DNA of 64,000 nucleotides from a virus (Duplodnaviria; Heunggongvirae; Uroviricota; Caudoviricetes): IMG/VR virus record IMGVR_UViG_2671180921_000012; one strand, 5' to 3'. Shown piece by piece: positions 63,355 to 64,000 of this stretch (position 1 is its first letter; each line of letters starts with the position of its first letter). The notes under the pieces were generated by a model. It saw only the letters and a program-made list of their open reading frames with translations, ran no database searches and was not told where the DNA came from. The position numbers and the translations under genes were made by a program.

Positions 63355-63927
63355 TTACAGCTCAGATTGAGTTTGGCGCTTCTCTACAGGATGATAACGA
63401 TAAATCGTCGATACACCGATATCGTAAATAATTGCCAACTGTTTCCTGCTGTAGCCATTTTCGATCAACCTCGCTATTTGCTCATGTTGTTCTTTTGTCA
63501 ACTTCGGGCGACGTCCGCCAATGCGTCCCTGTTCGCGTGCAGCTGCCAGTCCGGCCAGTGTTCTCTCAACAATTAATTCACGTTCCATTTCTGCTAAAGC
63601 ACCCATGACATGAAAAAAGAAACGCCCCATGGGTGTTGATGTGTCAATACTGTCTGTCAGACTACGGAAATTAACACCTTTTTCCCGCAACTCCTCTATA
63701 AGCGTGATAAGGTGTTTCATACTTCTGCCAAGCCTATCCAGCTTCCAGACAACCAGCGTATCTCCTTCTGATAACGTTCTGAGCAGCTTTTTCAAGCCTG
63801 GTCTGGCTGACTTTGTTCCGCTTATTTTATCTTCAAAAATCAGTTCACATCCTGCGCAGTTCAGTGCATTTCTTTGTAAATCTGTGTTTTGGTCATTTGT
63901 TGACACACGAATGTAGCCAATTTGCAT
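63355..63927 (-). CDS. cin: Serine DNA invertase, Hin/Gin/Cin family (190 aa)
   Basis: ORF 63355..63936 trimmed to ATG with AGAGG SD; MQIGYIRVSTNDQNTDLQRNAL resolvase domain plus C-terminal HTH. Confidence 0.85.
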   Translation of the reverse strand: MQIGYIRVSTNDQNTDLQRNALNCAGCELIFEDKISGTKSARPGLKKLLRTLSEGDTLVVWKLDRLGRSMKHLITLIEELREKGVNFRSLTDSIDTSTPMGRFFFHVMGALAEMERELIVERTLAGLAAAREQGRIGGRRPKLTKEQHEQIARLIENGYSRKQLAIIYDIGVSTIYRYHPVEKRQTQSEL

Positions 63928-64000
63928 GAAAAACAACCTCTTTGTTTAGTTAAAAATACATCGTTGGTATAGGTAGGGATTAAGACTAAAACGTTGGTTT

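Overview
The window is a contiguous ~64-kb segment of a P1-like temperate phage / phage-plasmid, read entirely from sequence and from recalled P1 biology (no searches were run). Backbone, left to right: a minus-strand block with a PAAR-like protein and an overlapped spanin-like pair; uhr-hrdC(RdgC)-dmt; a C1-operator-controlled operon with tRNA-Asn, tRNA-Thr, upl, plp, tRNA-Ile2(CAT) and ban; a glycosyltransferase-like gene; a minus-strand tail/baseplate operon; a long plus-strand block of small genes including ppp and pap; hot, LexA-boxed humD, phd-doc, pdcAB, lpa, pacA (with the 4+3 hexamer pac site) and pacB; c1 and coi; loxP and cre; cra, ref, mat; lxc, ulx, darB; prt, pro, lyz, ssb; the ddrB-ddrA-darA-hdf-lydB-lydA operon; and cin at the right edge. 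About a dozen C1-operator-like 17-mers and a recurring candidate late-promoter motif are present. Apparent departures from P1 as I recall it: no res/mod type III R-M genes or IS1 between mat and lxc, an expanded accessory gene block between pap and hot (Ea22-like paralogs, MmcB-like nuclease, DUF551 proteins, an AT-rich islet with a 40-aa membrane peptide), and an array of four related long imperfect palindromes with compensatory substitutions beside the tRNA genes. Other points of interest are a terminase-ATPase-like paralog with degenerate Walker motifs, a possible -1 frameshift site, and an HExxH motif in the DdrB-like protein. No CRISPR array, IS element, integrase or rRNA was found. I cannot establish from sequence alone that any of these is a previously undescribed system.
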